Assembly (NCBI GenBank): GCA_004431415.1
Contig: QPMI01000477.1
Location: 647,618-711,617 of the forward strand
Direction of reading: 5' to 3'
Length of the DNA: 64,000 bases
DNA from: Cyanophora paradoxa CCMP329
Taxonomy: Eukaryota; Plantae; Glaucophyta
This document shows positions 38,001-48,507 of the stretch, piece by piece; positions within the stretch are counted from its first letter, which is position 1; each line of letters opens with the position of its first letter. The notes below the pieces were generated by a model that was not told where the DNA came from, did no database searches, and worked only from the letters and a program-made list of their open reading frames with translations. A program made the position numbers and the translations under genes.

Positions 38001-39320
38001 AGATAAGCGTGCTGAATTTGCAATTGTCAGGAGGGGAGCGGGCGGTGCCGCACTGAGCTGGCAGACGAGCTTGCCGCCGCAGAGGCTTGCGACGTCTACG
38101 CCCGAGTTGGTCTCCCACGCAAAAGAGATGAGCTTGTCGCCGGCGGTCTGGAAAGCCTCCAGGAGCGCCGGGCGACCCTGCGAGTCGAAAGACGTCATAT
38201 GCGAGTTGGACATCGAAGCCGACGGAGCTGAGCGCGCCTTCAGGATTCGTCCAGTGCTCAATTCCAGCCCAGTAATGCCCACTGTGGGTGCGGGGGCCTC
38301 GTCCGGCTCTACTCGCACACACCTGCGGGGGTGGGCGCGGCTTAGATTGGCGGGGGACGTCCACAGGGTTAATTTGAGTGGGCGAACCAGTCCCACGTTG
38401 GCCGAACATCGTGATACACCGTCATCAAATCGAAGTCATGTTTAATCTGGGGGCAGGTAAGCCGCCGAAAGCCGCTTAAGCACGGACCGAAGGAGCGGAG
38501 ACACATTCGCGATGACGAAGTTAAGCTCGGGGATAGTGAACAATCCCAGGTCGACCGCGGGCGATTTCATGCCTAGCCCGGCTTCCACTCCAATTGCCGG
38601 CGTCAGGCCTGCTCGAGCGCAGGCGGGATGCCGTTAGCGACGCGCCGGAAAGTGCACCAATATTAATGCGGAAGACTCGCCAACATCTGTAATGTGAAAT
38701 GTTAGTCGCCGGAATCAATATTAATTACGAGAAGAATTGTCAGAACGAACCGATCGTGATTTCAGCAAAGTGGTGTCTGGCAGCAGAGGAGTTGTCAGCG
38801 ATTTACGTTCTGCCTCTAGATCTTAATGCGCGATGGACGCACGAATAATCGAGCTCCTCCACTGGGATCCGTTTGGGATCCTTGCACCGCCTGTTTGCGC
38901 GTGTGTCGTTAGCTAAAGGGGGACTTCGAAATAACAACGAGGTGCTCACGGCGTGGGAAGATCAATGGTTACGTCAATTTTGGGGGCGACGACGAAGCGT
39001 GGGCCGACGAAATCGTTGAACTTCAGTTTCAAGCCCGTCTTGAAGCTAATCATAAGGCTACAATTCAGCCAAGCGAGAGGAAATGGAGTCACGTGCCCTT
39101 GCGTGCGCACAGGAACGAAAGCTCTGCACGTTGACGGGGAGCTTTGAACTTGGGGTTCGGAAAGTGGGTTTCCCAGTAAAAGTCTCTGCAAGCATGTGAA
39201 ATATTGCATTGAAACACTGTAAATCATGGCGACATCGCGCACGCGATTTCTCGCCAGCCGCCCTCCCGAGTGTATTGAAAGCCAACCTCCGCTCCAGCAA
39301 GAACAATCGGTTCAAACCTG
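11005..39320 (-). CDS. Giant multi-exon type I membrane/adhesin-like protein (lectin-like, PKD, IPT/TIG, Cys-rich CGVCGGD, filamin/Big-like, REJ, Ser/Pro/Thr stalk, TM)
   Basis: Co-oriented minus-strand exons with short GT-AG introns. PKD motifs [19 protein letters not shown] (36.3-36.5 kb) and [26 protein letters not shown] (29.3-29.4 kb); L-lectin-like GGDGVILSF (35.47 kb); DxCGVCGGD repeats (27.45-27.7 kb); [22 protein letters not shown] (26.1 kb); RDxFGN Ig-like repeats (18.4-24 kb); REJ-like [16 protein letters not shown] (20.8 kb); [32 protein letters not shown] (11.39-11.47 kb). The 5' end is uncertain and it may be more than one gene. Confidence 0.65.
16725..18195 (-). repeat. Coding tandem repeat, ~35 x 42 bp, encoding [14 protein letters not shown] (mucin/HRGP-like stalk)
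   Basis: Unit ggctcgggctcggcgtctccgtcggcgacgggctgggcgacg with mostly synonymous variants. Single-G deletions near 17610 and 17857 shift the frame. Confidence 0.95.
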
Positions 39321-41153
39321 CTCACGTGGATTCTTAGCGATTCGCCGTTGGTTGAAATGAAATCGGCGCCAGGCTCACTCAATGATCAGAGGATCCCCGG
39401 TCTCATACTGCGCGCCCGTCAGAAGTTCAGACGGATCCGGAAGTTAGCGAGAGAGTCGAGCCATTGAGATGAATGGAGAGTAAACTGAATGATTTACAAC
39501 GGACCCGAACATCAAGATCGAAGAATTGATATCTGTCTTTATTTCAGAGAGCTACAACGGTATGAAAAGAATCGCTCGGCATGATCAACCACGCACCCCG
39601 TCAGGCGGTGGGGAATACCGCCAATTCTCATCCACCTATCTATCACACGCACAGAGCACTCCGTTTCGCTGCAGGGCGGATCAGGCAGCGTACACGTACG
39701 GCCGCGATTATACACGAAATCCGGTTACAGCCGCGGGGAGAGAGGGGGGGGGGGGGGGGGGGGGGGAATCGCACTTGGGGTCGCAAGCCGCCGTCGGATC
39801 GTCCTCCTCGGCTCTTTGCGAGATGCCTAAGCCACATGGCTTTAGTTGTGGATCGACTTTGCACCGCGAGCAGGGACAGATCTAGAGGGACAGACCGCTG
39901 AGGATTTCGCCCTTCTTCGGCGTCTTCTCGCGGGTTGCAGCGCGCTTCTTGGTCCGCTGCACGCGTGTGGTGCGCTGCACGGGCTTGCCGTCGCGCGAGC
40001 CAGAGCGCGTGACCGCCGGAGCGCTGACGGGCGCCGAGACGGGCCGAGACAACCAGGCGTTCGCCTGCCTGTGTTCCTCCAGCTCGAGCCTGCAACAGGT
40101 TTTCGCAGCATTCGAGTCATGCCGAGAACGGGGCTCTAGATCTCTATATATATATGGCGCGGAGCTGAAGCGTCATGCATTTGCGCACTCCTGCTGCTCG
40201 ACGAGGGTCAAGTTCCGTGTGCGCTGCACCAAGTAATTGCTCGCGAGCGAGTCGAGCTCGACTTTCTCGAGAAGATCGTCCTAAAGAGGACGCGTACGGT
40301 GAGGCGCGGTGCGCAAGAGAAACAACGCTCAGGGGAGGGAACCAAAGAGGGGAAGGGGGGGGGGAAGGGGGGGGGAGGAGGCCCACCTGCATCAGGACCA
40401 GCGAATCGACTACCACACGCGGCGCAAGGCGGAGCATGATGCCCCCGGCCGTTTTGGACTGTGCACGACATCGTTATGGAAGCCACTGCAACTGTACATG
40501 CGTGTGCGGCACTCAAGATTTTGGCGCGCCTCGAATTTCACGGCAACCTTGAGATAATCGAGCGAGACACCGAGCTGCGAGGGACGTCAAGATCTATAAA
40601 TAGCTAGACCCGAGGGCCGTCTGCGGGCTCTGGGACGTCGACGCGCCCAATGAAAGTTCGAGACATCCGTCAGGTCGACCGTGACGGTCGCTTGGACAGC
40701 GAACTCGATTGACGCCAGATTCACAGACGAGCTGAGAGATGGCGAGAAGCAGTCAGCACAATAAGAATAACAATCTGCAGCCTGGCGGCGGCGCACTAGC
40801 AGTTGGTGCAGAGGACGTGAAGAATTTCCGTATCGCTGCCTGAAAGGGATACTCGACCGAGACGATGCTTAGCAATGCAGATTCGGCGGTGGCGCACCAA
40901 GCACGTTGAGCGGTTTGACCGCGCGTCCCGTGTTAGGATATATATATGTGGGCCTTTGTGAAGCGTTGAGCTCTCGAGCTTGCCCCTTCGCTGTCAATGT
41001 ATTGTTAACCCTCGGAGGTTGATGAGTCACGCGTTGCGGAGGTTGCATTGTTATATTGCATTCGGGGAGGCACGGGGACTAACACGTCCGACGTACCCCT
41101 CGGGGCCTCCGGCCTCTAACTATGCTCAGACTCTAACTGAATGCTGTACCCCC

Positions 41154-41870
41154 TCACTGGCCGAAGTGCGACGGTCCCCACTCGAGGTCGGGGTGGGGCC
41201 ATGGGGGCCTCCGGCGGGGTACGATGCTCCCGCTTGCCAGCTCCATGTACTCCCCCACGGGGTTGTCTTCGTTTGCGAGGTCCCTGTAGTTGCCCTTTAC
41301 GAGATCCGCCGCCGCTTTGCGCCAGCGAACGGCCACGTTGTACGTGTTGTCGATGATGTTCTGCACTGTACCCTCCATGGGTATTAGGGACGGCCTATAG
41401 TCGACCTGTCTCTCACGCAGGTTCAATTCCCTTTGGTAGTAATCCACTGCGTCTGGGAGGGCCCTGAGCTCCAACGGGTGCTGGCCCGGGTCCGACGAGC
41501 TAATGAGCCCGGAGCGTTGCAGCGCGTTCACAGCCGCCCGCAGCATGATTTTGCCTACCCCCCGCATCGCGTTATTCTGCTCGGGCGTCCCGTACCCCCC
41601 CTGCGGCCCGTAATCGTTGTAGTAGCTCTCTATTTCGACTGTGGCCGGGCTAGTACCAACCCGAGGCTGCACAAAGCCGTACAGCCATGCCATAGCGTCG
41701 TTGTCCGCGGAGCGGCCGCTCTCGGGAGAGGATGGGAACACTTCGATTTTGAAGTCCCTGGTCCGCCGGTTGACTCGTGTCATTAGGTTGAGGGGGTAGC
41801 GCGCATTGCCGAATTTATCAGGAAAGAGGCGGTGTAGCTTGAACCATGCTTCCTGATCGCCGTACGACAT
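41154..41870 (-). CDS. GNAT-fold acetyltransferase
   Basis: Acetyl-CoA motif A-like MRGVGKIMLRAAV followed by LELRALPDAVDYYQRELNL (motif B-like). Intronless; AGAAATTCT lies upstream of the ATG. Confidence 0.6.
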   Translation of the reverse strand: MSYGDQEAWFKLHRLFPDKFGNARYPLNLMTRVNRRTRDFKIEVFPSSPESGRSADNDAMAWLYGFVQPRVGTSPATVEIESYYNDYGPQGGYGTPEQNNAMRGVGKIMLRAAVNALQRSGLISSSDPGQHPLELRALPDAVDYYQRELNLRERQVDYRPSLIPMEGTVQNIIDNTYNVAVRWRKAAADLVKGNYRDLANEDNPVGEYMELASGSIVPRRRPPWPHPDLEWGPSHFGQ

Positions 41871-41907
41871 TCGCTCGCGGCTCGCTGAGAATTTCTACCT
41901 GTACCCC

Positions 41908-42601
41908 CTACTCGCGGTCGGGGTACTTGTAGCCGGGCATCAGCCTCGCGCGCTTGCGCATCTCCGCCTCCTCGGGTAGCCAGTTCTTCGGGTCGTTGCT
42001 CCACTCCTCCCATTCGCGTATGTCTCGCCCGACGTCACGTGGGGCGGGGCGTTTATCGGTGGGGCGGGCGGGCTGGCAGGGCCTGGCGCCGGGGTTGAGG
42101 CCCCTGTTCCACGAGTACTCGGGTACTCTTCCCAGCCCAGGGTACCAGATTTGCCGGAATCGGCTCAACTTCGAATTGGGGCTTTTTGGTGTGATACTCA
42201 TAGTTCGTGACGTACGCCGTCACAGCCGAGCGCAAGCGCGAGAGGTCGCGCAAATTTACGTCGTCCCATTCCGAGTCCCTTGCCTTCGCGTACCGCTCGA
42301 GGATTTGCATGCGAATGTGGTCCGGGAGGGTCGAGAGTATGCTGAGCTTGGAGCCCAGGGCGAACCAGATGCGCTTGAACTCGTCGATAATCCTGCCCTC
42401 GTCGTGGCTCCGGACGTATGAGGCCCCGCCATAGTTGTAATGGCTGTCCAGCCACCCTGCCCGGGCCAGCTCCAGCACCGGCCAGGGTTGGCGCTGTCGA
42501 TTCGGTCGCGAGGCCTGCTCTACCACCCAGCGTCTAAGGTCCTTGACCTGATCTATGAACTGTGCGATCACGTCCTTGGGCGCTTCCTCTGCATCCGACA
42601 T
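41908..42601 (-). CDS. Hypothetical viral protein (probably one frameshifted ORF)
   Basis: Overlapping ORFs 42053-42613 and 41908-42201 with protein-like composition; no recognisable domain. Confidence 0.45.
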
Positions 42602-42651
42602 TTGCAATTGCACACATCAAGAAATTCTAAACGCTACTGCGAGACCAAGTC

Positions 42652-43317
42652 ATGCATACCGATACAGATTGCGAGACTTGCGAGAACTTGCAACAGGGGA
42701 GCGCGGCGTGGCACGCGGCGCGCCGCGAAAAGCTAACTGCCTCGAACTTTGCGGCTGCGTGCGGCATAAATCCCTGGAAATCCAGGGCCCGCCTCTGGGC
42801 GGAGCTAAGCGGCATAGCGGAGGAAAACAACTTCGACAACCCTGCGCTAACCTACGGGCATGACTATGAGCCCTTCGCGGTCTCTCTCTACAAAACGTCG
42901 AACAACAACGTGGACGTGCAACATACTGGATTGCACGAACATAAGGAACTGCCCTTCCTGGCGGGCAGCCCGGACGGGCTGATTGGAAGCGATCGTATAC
43001 TTGAAATAAAATGCCCCTACAAACAAGAACTCTACGAAAAGGTCCCAACTTATTACATGCCCCAGCTCCAGGGCCTGCTGGACATAACGGGCCGCGAGTG
43101 GGCCGAACTTTTTTGCTTCACTCCTCTGCGCGTGCAAACGTGGTACGTCAGACGGGACGAGAGGTACATCAAGCTCATGAGGAAGTGCTTACATCTATTT
43201 TGGATGCACGTCAAGGAGGGCACGCCGCCCGAGCCCTACAGCGATCGAATGAAGTCAGAGAACCTCAGCGAGGAGCAGGCGGCGCTGCGCGAGTTTAAGT
43301 CGTACGCCCTCCTCTAG
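42652..43317 (+). CDS. YqaJ-family (lambda-exonuclease-type PD-(D/E)xK) viral recombination nuclease
   Basis: QQGSAAWHAARREKLTASNFAAACG, YGHDYEPFA, FLAGSPDGLI, ILEIKCPY and YYMPQLQGLL are the canonical YqaJ motifs. Confidence 0.93.
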   Translation: MHTDTDCETCENLQQGSAAWHAARREKLTASNFAAACGINPWKSRARLWAELSGIAEENNFDNPALTYGHDYEPFAVSLYKTSNNNVDVQHTGLHEHKELPFLAGSPDGLIGSDRILEIKCPYKQELYEKVPTYYMPQLQGLLDITGREWAELFCFTPLRVQTWYVRRDERYIKLMRKCLHLFWMHVKEGTPPEPYSDRMKSENLSEEQAALREFKSYALL

Positions 43318-43367
43318 TGTCCGGACCTTTCCAATACTCTATATGATTATTGGGAGGGTCCGGACAC
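43317..43367 (+). terminator. 20-bp stem-loop directly after the YqaJ stop codon
   Basis: gtgtccggacctttccaata (43317-43336) pairs with tattgggagggtccggacac (43348-43367) with two G-U pairs. A second, imperfect hairpin lies at 43388-43439. Confidence 0.6.
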
Positions 43368-43696
43368 GTCTCTTGGTCAGACTACTTCTGTCCCAGGTCT
43401 TTGGAATCTTAATATAAATTTTCCCGGGACCCGGGACAGGGCTTGGTCGGACTCACCGTAGCTTGGTGTAGCTCAGGCCCAGGCCGGGTAGGCGAGTCTG
43501 TAATGAATCAGACCGCGCAGGATTTGGTTGAGCTGCTCGGTGCAGGGGGCGGGAAGGCGAGGCCGCGGAGGGCCATAGAGACGTAGCGGAAGGGTGGGGG
43601 AGGCGGCCCCTGTTATCCCACATGGCGTCCACTATGGCGTTGTGGACCACTTGCTCTGGAGGGCGGGACGGGCCTGCGCGCACCGTTTCAGGGCCC

Positions 43697-46514
43697 TCAG
43701 CAGCCCTCGAAGATGTTGGAGTTGGCGTGCACCAGCGGGAGGGAGGGCTGGGACGGCGGCGGCGAGCCCGGGGCCGAGCCCTGGGTGGCGAGGGCCTGCG
43801 AGGGCGCCGGCTCCAGCTCCATCTCGAACATACCGCCCTCGACGTCGACGGTCACGGGCGGCGAGGCCGGGATCGCGCCGGCCTGCTGCGTGGCGGGGAC
43901 CTGAGCCGAGAAGTTCTCGAGCCGCCACTCGCGGCAGCCCTGGCACTCACCTGGACGAAGACGGTGCGGTTGGCGACGGGCGGCGTCGGCAGGGCCTGCG
44001 CGGGGGCGTCACTCACAGAAGCCGAAGGCGCCGGCCTTGTGGGCGGGGCGTCGGGGTCGCGGGGCGTGCTATAGGCCTCCGAGCCCTCCGATTCAGAGTC
44101 ACTCACCGGGCTGAGAGGGTGGGGTGAGAAGAGGCCGAGGCGGGCCTTCTTGGCGGGCAGGAGGTGGGAGCCGTTGAGGGCGCAATCGGCGCCGTGGGCG
44201 CACCTCTCTCCGTAGGTGGGGCAGAGGGCCGGGGCGAGGGCGCCGGAGCCAAGGGCGCCGGAGCCGAGGACGCCGGGGGCTGGAGGAGGCGGTGAGAGGG
44301 GCCGAGGAGGAGAGGAAGGGGAAGGGCGCGGGCACCGGCGCCGGGACGAGGCCCTCCTCCAGCAGCCGCATCTGCGCCTCCTTCGCCTTCTCGTCGATGC
44401 GGGCCTCGAACGTCGCCCAGTTGAAGCCGACGGCGTCCGCCTCCGCCAGCTCGGGGAGGCCGTGCTCGTCGAACGCCAGCGCGGGCCGCCCGCTGAAGCC
44501 GAACGGGGCGGGGGCGAGAGCGCGTTGTCCCCGACGCCCCAGACGGCGCTGAACGCCGCATCGTCCCAGCGCGCCTCCGCCTCCGCCTGGCCCTCGTCCC
44601 TTGCCTCGTCCACCTCCTTGGCGGAGAGCGACCCGATCTTGATGATGGAGGCCTGGATCAGCACAAACTCGCGCTGGAAGAATTGGACGAGCGGGATGGT
44701 AACTGCGGGAGAGGGGGTGAGCGGGGAGAGCGCGGGGCGCAGGCCAAGGGCGGGGGCGCAGGCCAAGGGCGGGGGCGCAGGCCAAGGGCGGGGCGGACGC
44801 ACATTCGATGCCGTAGGCCACCTCCTTGATGTAGCGGCCCCGGCGGCCGATCTCCTTGGCCAGCATGCTGCACTCCTTGCGCGCCGGGTGGCCGTGGCCC
44901 CACTCCATGGCGATCATCGCCTTCGCCAGACGGACGCCCTCGATGTGCCACTCGTCCATCAGCGCCTCCAGCTTGGCGCAGATGCGCATCCAGAAGAAGA
45001 CGCGCTTGAGCTTGTCGCGGTCGAATTCGGCGTCGCCGCTCTTGCTGCCCCAGTCGCGCAGGTCCGTCTCCTCCGCCTTCTTCACCTTCTCGTACCAGCA
45101 CTTGATCTTCTCCGCCTGGCGCTGGAACTCGTCCGCCCGCGCCGTGAGAACGTCCGACTCCTCCTGCGCTCCGAGGGCCCGGGGTCAGGAGGAGAGGCGG
45201 GCTAAGCGGGGCGGCGGCGGACCGTGTGCGAGAGCTCGCCGACGATCACGGAGATGGCCGCCGAGAGGATCTCACGGGCGCGGGCCGGCCCGTTTGGGTG
45301 GCCCTCGCGCAGAACCTCCTCCAGCTTCAGCACGGCCGTCCGCGCGAGATCGCGGTGGCGCTGGCGGGTCTCGTCGCTCCGGCCCTGATCCACGAGAAGC
45401 TGGAGCTGGGGCCGCATGCCGGAGTCGCAGACGCTGGCGTACTTCAGAAGGGCCGCGCAGGAGAGCACCTTCTGCACGCTGACCAGCCAGTACGCGTAGC
45501 CCAGCGGGCTCTCCGCGCTCGGGTTCTCTCCGACCTGCGGACGCGACCTTAGCGCGCGCAGGGGCAGGGAAAGGGGAAAGGGCGGGCTCTCGCGCACGTA
45601 AATGTCATCGGCGCAGGAGAGGAACATGTGATCAACGACGTCGAAGAAGCCGCCGGACGGGAGCGTGCCGACGCCGTGGTACGCGCCTTGGATGGTCTCG
45701 CCGGCGCAGATGCCGGCCTGGACGGTGACGGTGTACTGCGAGGCCGGCGGCCCCTCCTTCACGTAGACGAAGTTGAGGTCGTACTTCTTGGCGTACGTCG
45801 GGTTGATGCGCTTGGTGACGATGACGTAATCGCACCGAACGCCGAGGCCGGACGGGCTGGCCTTCTCCTTCTCCGTCACCGACGCCAGGCACTGATCCCG
45901 CGCGATCAAGAGCTGCAGCGGCCCGCGCGTGAGCAAGCGCGGGCACGCGAGCGCAGGGAAGGGCCCTCACCCCGTGGGCGCCGCCGCTGCCGGATTTGAG
46001 GTCCGCGAGGAACTCCTTCTGCTCCGGAGTGCCGGAGAAGATCGCGCGCGGATGGAAATCGCGATGGAGCGCGATGCTGTTGAAGCAGCCCGCCGCCGCA
46101 TTGTCGGACATCAGCAACAGCGCCACATCGCCGTGCGTGAAGCCGTACTTCGCCTTCACATGCTCCGGCAGCTCGTGAATGCTGTAAGGCACGATCTGCG
46201 CGCGGGGCACGCGAGCCGGGCATGTGAGCCGGGGCCGAAGCGGTGCGGGCGAAACCGCGAACCTCGTTGAACTTATTCACCGGCGTGAACTGGCCCTTGG
46301 TCTTCAAGCGCTTCGGGTGGCCGTCCGTGTTCTGGATCTTCTTCAGCCCGCCGAACGGCTCGAAGCGCGGCACGCCGGCCGAGTTGAACACGCTATCGCA
46401 GGTCATCGCGTTGAGCGCCTCCTCCGCCGACAGGCTGCCGAGATCGCGGGCTATGCTGTCCTGCTCGCCGGGCTGCTGCTGCTTCGCGCACGAGCGGAAG
46501 GTCGCCGCCTGCAT
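43697..46514 (-). CDS. Intron-containing viral protein of unknown function (6 introns)
   Basis: GT-AG introns at 46262-46196, 45970-45913, 45597-45535, 45222-45164, 44802-44703 and 43950-43901 join the listed ORF pieces. One frameshift near 44510. Confidence 0.65.
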
Positions 46515-46816
46515 CGCGAGTGTTACTGCCCGCGATGTCTCAACGGATTCCGTTCAACGTCGTACCCCGCTGGCTTGTTCCCTCCCCAACTCGCGAAGAC
46601 TCAGACTTGAAGCCCGCTTCCCCCCCCTCAAAATGCGTACCCCCTTGGGCTCGAACCCCGGTCGGTTTCTCGCTTTTTTTTGACTGCCCAGTCCGGCGAT
46701 GCAATGCAGGCCGCTCGTTCAAATCGGCTGGGAACTTGGCGCCAGAACCTTCGCAGCGCGCGCAGCACTCCCAGCAGAGCGCGCGCAGCACCGGCGGCAG
46801 CATCGGCGGCAGCAGC

Positions 46817-48479
46817 ATGTCTCGGCTCGCGCTCCCTCCGGAGATCCCGGCTAAGCTGGCGAAGAACACGCTGTACGACGTTCTCTGCGTCGGCGACAGC
46901 TTCGGCGTCGATTGGACGGTTTTCGAGGCCGGCATCAGCGACCAGGCGAAGGAGGCGCAGGCGCGTGCGCTGGAGGATGGCATGCAGTTCAGCCCGAGCA
47001 GCAAGGATGTGCTGCGCAAGACCGAGCTGGCCGAGCGCAAGCGCAAGCTCGCCGCGGCGCGGACTTTGAACGCCGAGGGTGCCCCCGGCCCGTCGGTGCA
47101 GTTCTCCATCGACTCCGTCCTGTCGCGGCTGCGGCTCGCGGAGGTGCTCGCTGCCTCTTTCTCCCTCACGCGCCCGGCTCGCAGCGGCTGAGGCGCCGCC
47201 GCGCTCGCAGGACGCGGACGTGCGGGCGATGCACGCGGCGCTGAACATGACGGAGGAGAACTTCGACACGCCGAGCAAGCCGAAGCCCGGGCGCGATTCC
47301 GACGCCCGCCGGCTGTTCGCGGCGCAGCGCCTGCGGCTGCTCATGGGCGCCGTGCCCCGGCACATCGCCAAGGGCGAGTGGCGCACGATTGGCCTGCTGG
47401 CGGGCCCGGAGGAGTTCTACTTCAACCGCATGGCGGAGGCGGCCCCGCACCTGCTCTGGCTGCTGGTGCTCAGCTCGGACCCGGCCTACACGCCCGAGGT
47501 GCGCCCCGGCCGCCCGTGCAGCCGCGGCCGCCCTCCCCGCCGACCCCGCCGGCCCGCAGAGGCTGGCGAAGGGCATCATGGGCGTCGAGGCGCGCTGCAT
47601 CATGCGGAACAGCCGCGCGTTCATCACGCGCCACGAGAGCTCGGCGGTCTGGGGCGAGCGGCCGGACACCGGCGTCCTCACCGACGCCTACGCCATCCGC
47701 ATCGTGCTGGAGGCGGCCTGCCGGACGTGCCGGGACCGCCACGGGCGCCAGGGCATCTGCGCCTTCGACCTGGTTCCTGAGTTCGAGGTGCCCGGCGTCA
47801 CCATCGGCGACCGCGTGCAGGTGCGCCGTTTCTATTTGGATGCTATTTAGATGCTATTTAGACTATTTAGATGCCATTTAAACCCCCTCGCAGGTCATCC
47901 GCCGGTGCTCGATGCCGGACTCGCACGGGCGGCCCATGATCCACGGCGCCGTGAAGTACGTGGTGCCGCGGCGCACCCTCGCCCTCACCTTCTTCGTCCC
48001 CGTCTTCGACAAGGCGGCCGCCGCCGCCGCCGCCGCCGCCTCCCGCCCCGCCCCATGCTCGCGGCCGCGGAGTCCTCGGATTCCGACTCGGATTCCGAGG
48101 CGGAGCGCGAGGCCGAGGCCGCCGCCGCGGCCCGGGCGCTGGACTTCACGGAGGAGGAGCTGGAGCGGGCGCGGAGCCTGCCGCGCGCCGGCCAGGCGAT
48201 GGCCGCGGCCTTCCAGGCGGCGATCGGCGAGGCGACGGCCTCCGCCTCGGGCGCCCGGGCCGGCGGCAGCATGATCACGGCGGAGGGCCTCGCGCGCGCC
48301 ATGCGCGTGGCCCAGGCCCAGGCCCAGGCGAAGGCAAGGGCAAGGGCAAGGCCGCCTACATCGACCTGCGGTTCGAGGAGGAGGAGGCGGGTGCCCCGGC
48401 GGCGCGGCGCGATCTCGGCGAGGAGATGGAGGCGGCGGCCCCAAGGCGGCCGGTGCGCCCTCCCGCCCCTAATTTCTGA
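46817..48479 (+). CDS. Intron-containing viral protein of unknown function (3 introns)
   Basis: Introns 47144-47210, 47499-47559 and 47821-47893 give MSRLALPPEIP...PHLLWLLV...CRTCRD...HGRPMIHGAVKYVVPRR. The acidic/Ala-rich tail has frameshifts. Confidence 0.65.
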
Positions 48480-48507
48480 GCCTAGGGCGTTCCAGAGGCG
48501 CAAAGGA

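Noticed and set aside
42652-43317. Bacterial prophage or contamination suggested by YqaJ
   Set aside because: The neighbours carry spliceosomal introns and eukaryotic-virus genes, and YqaJ nucleases are common in NCLDVs.
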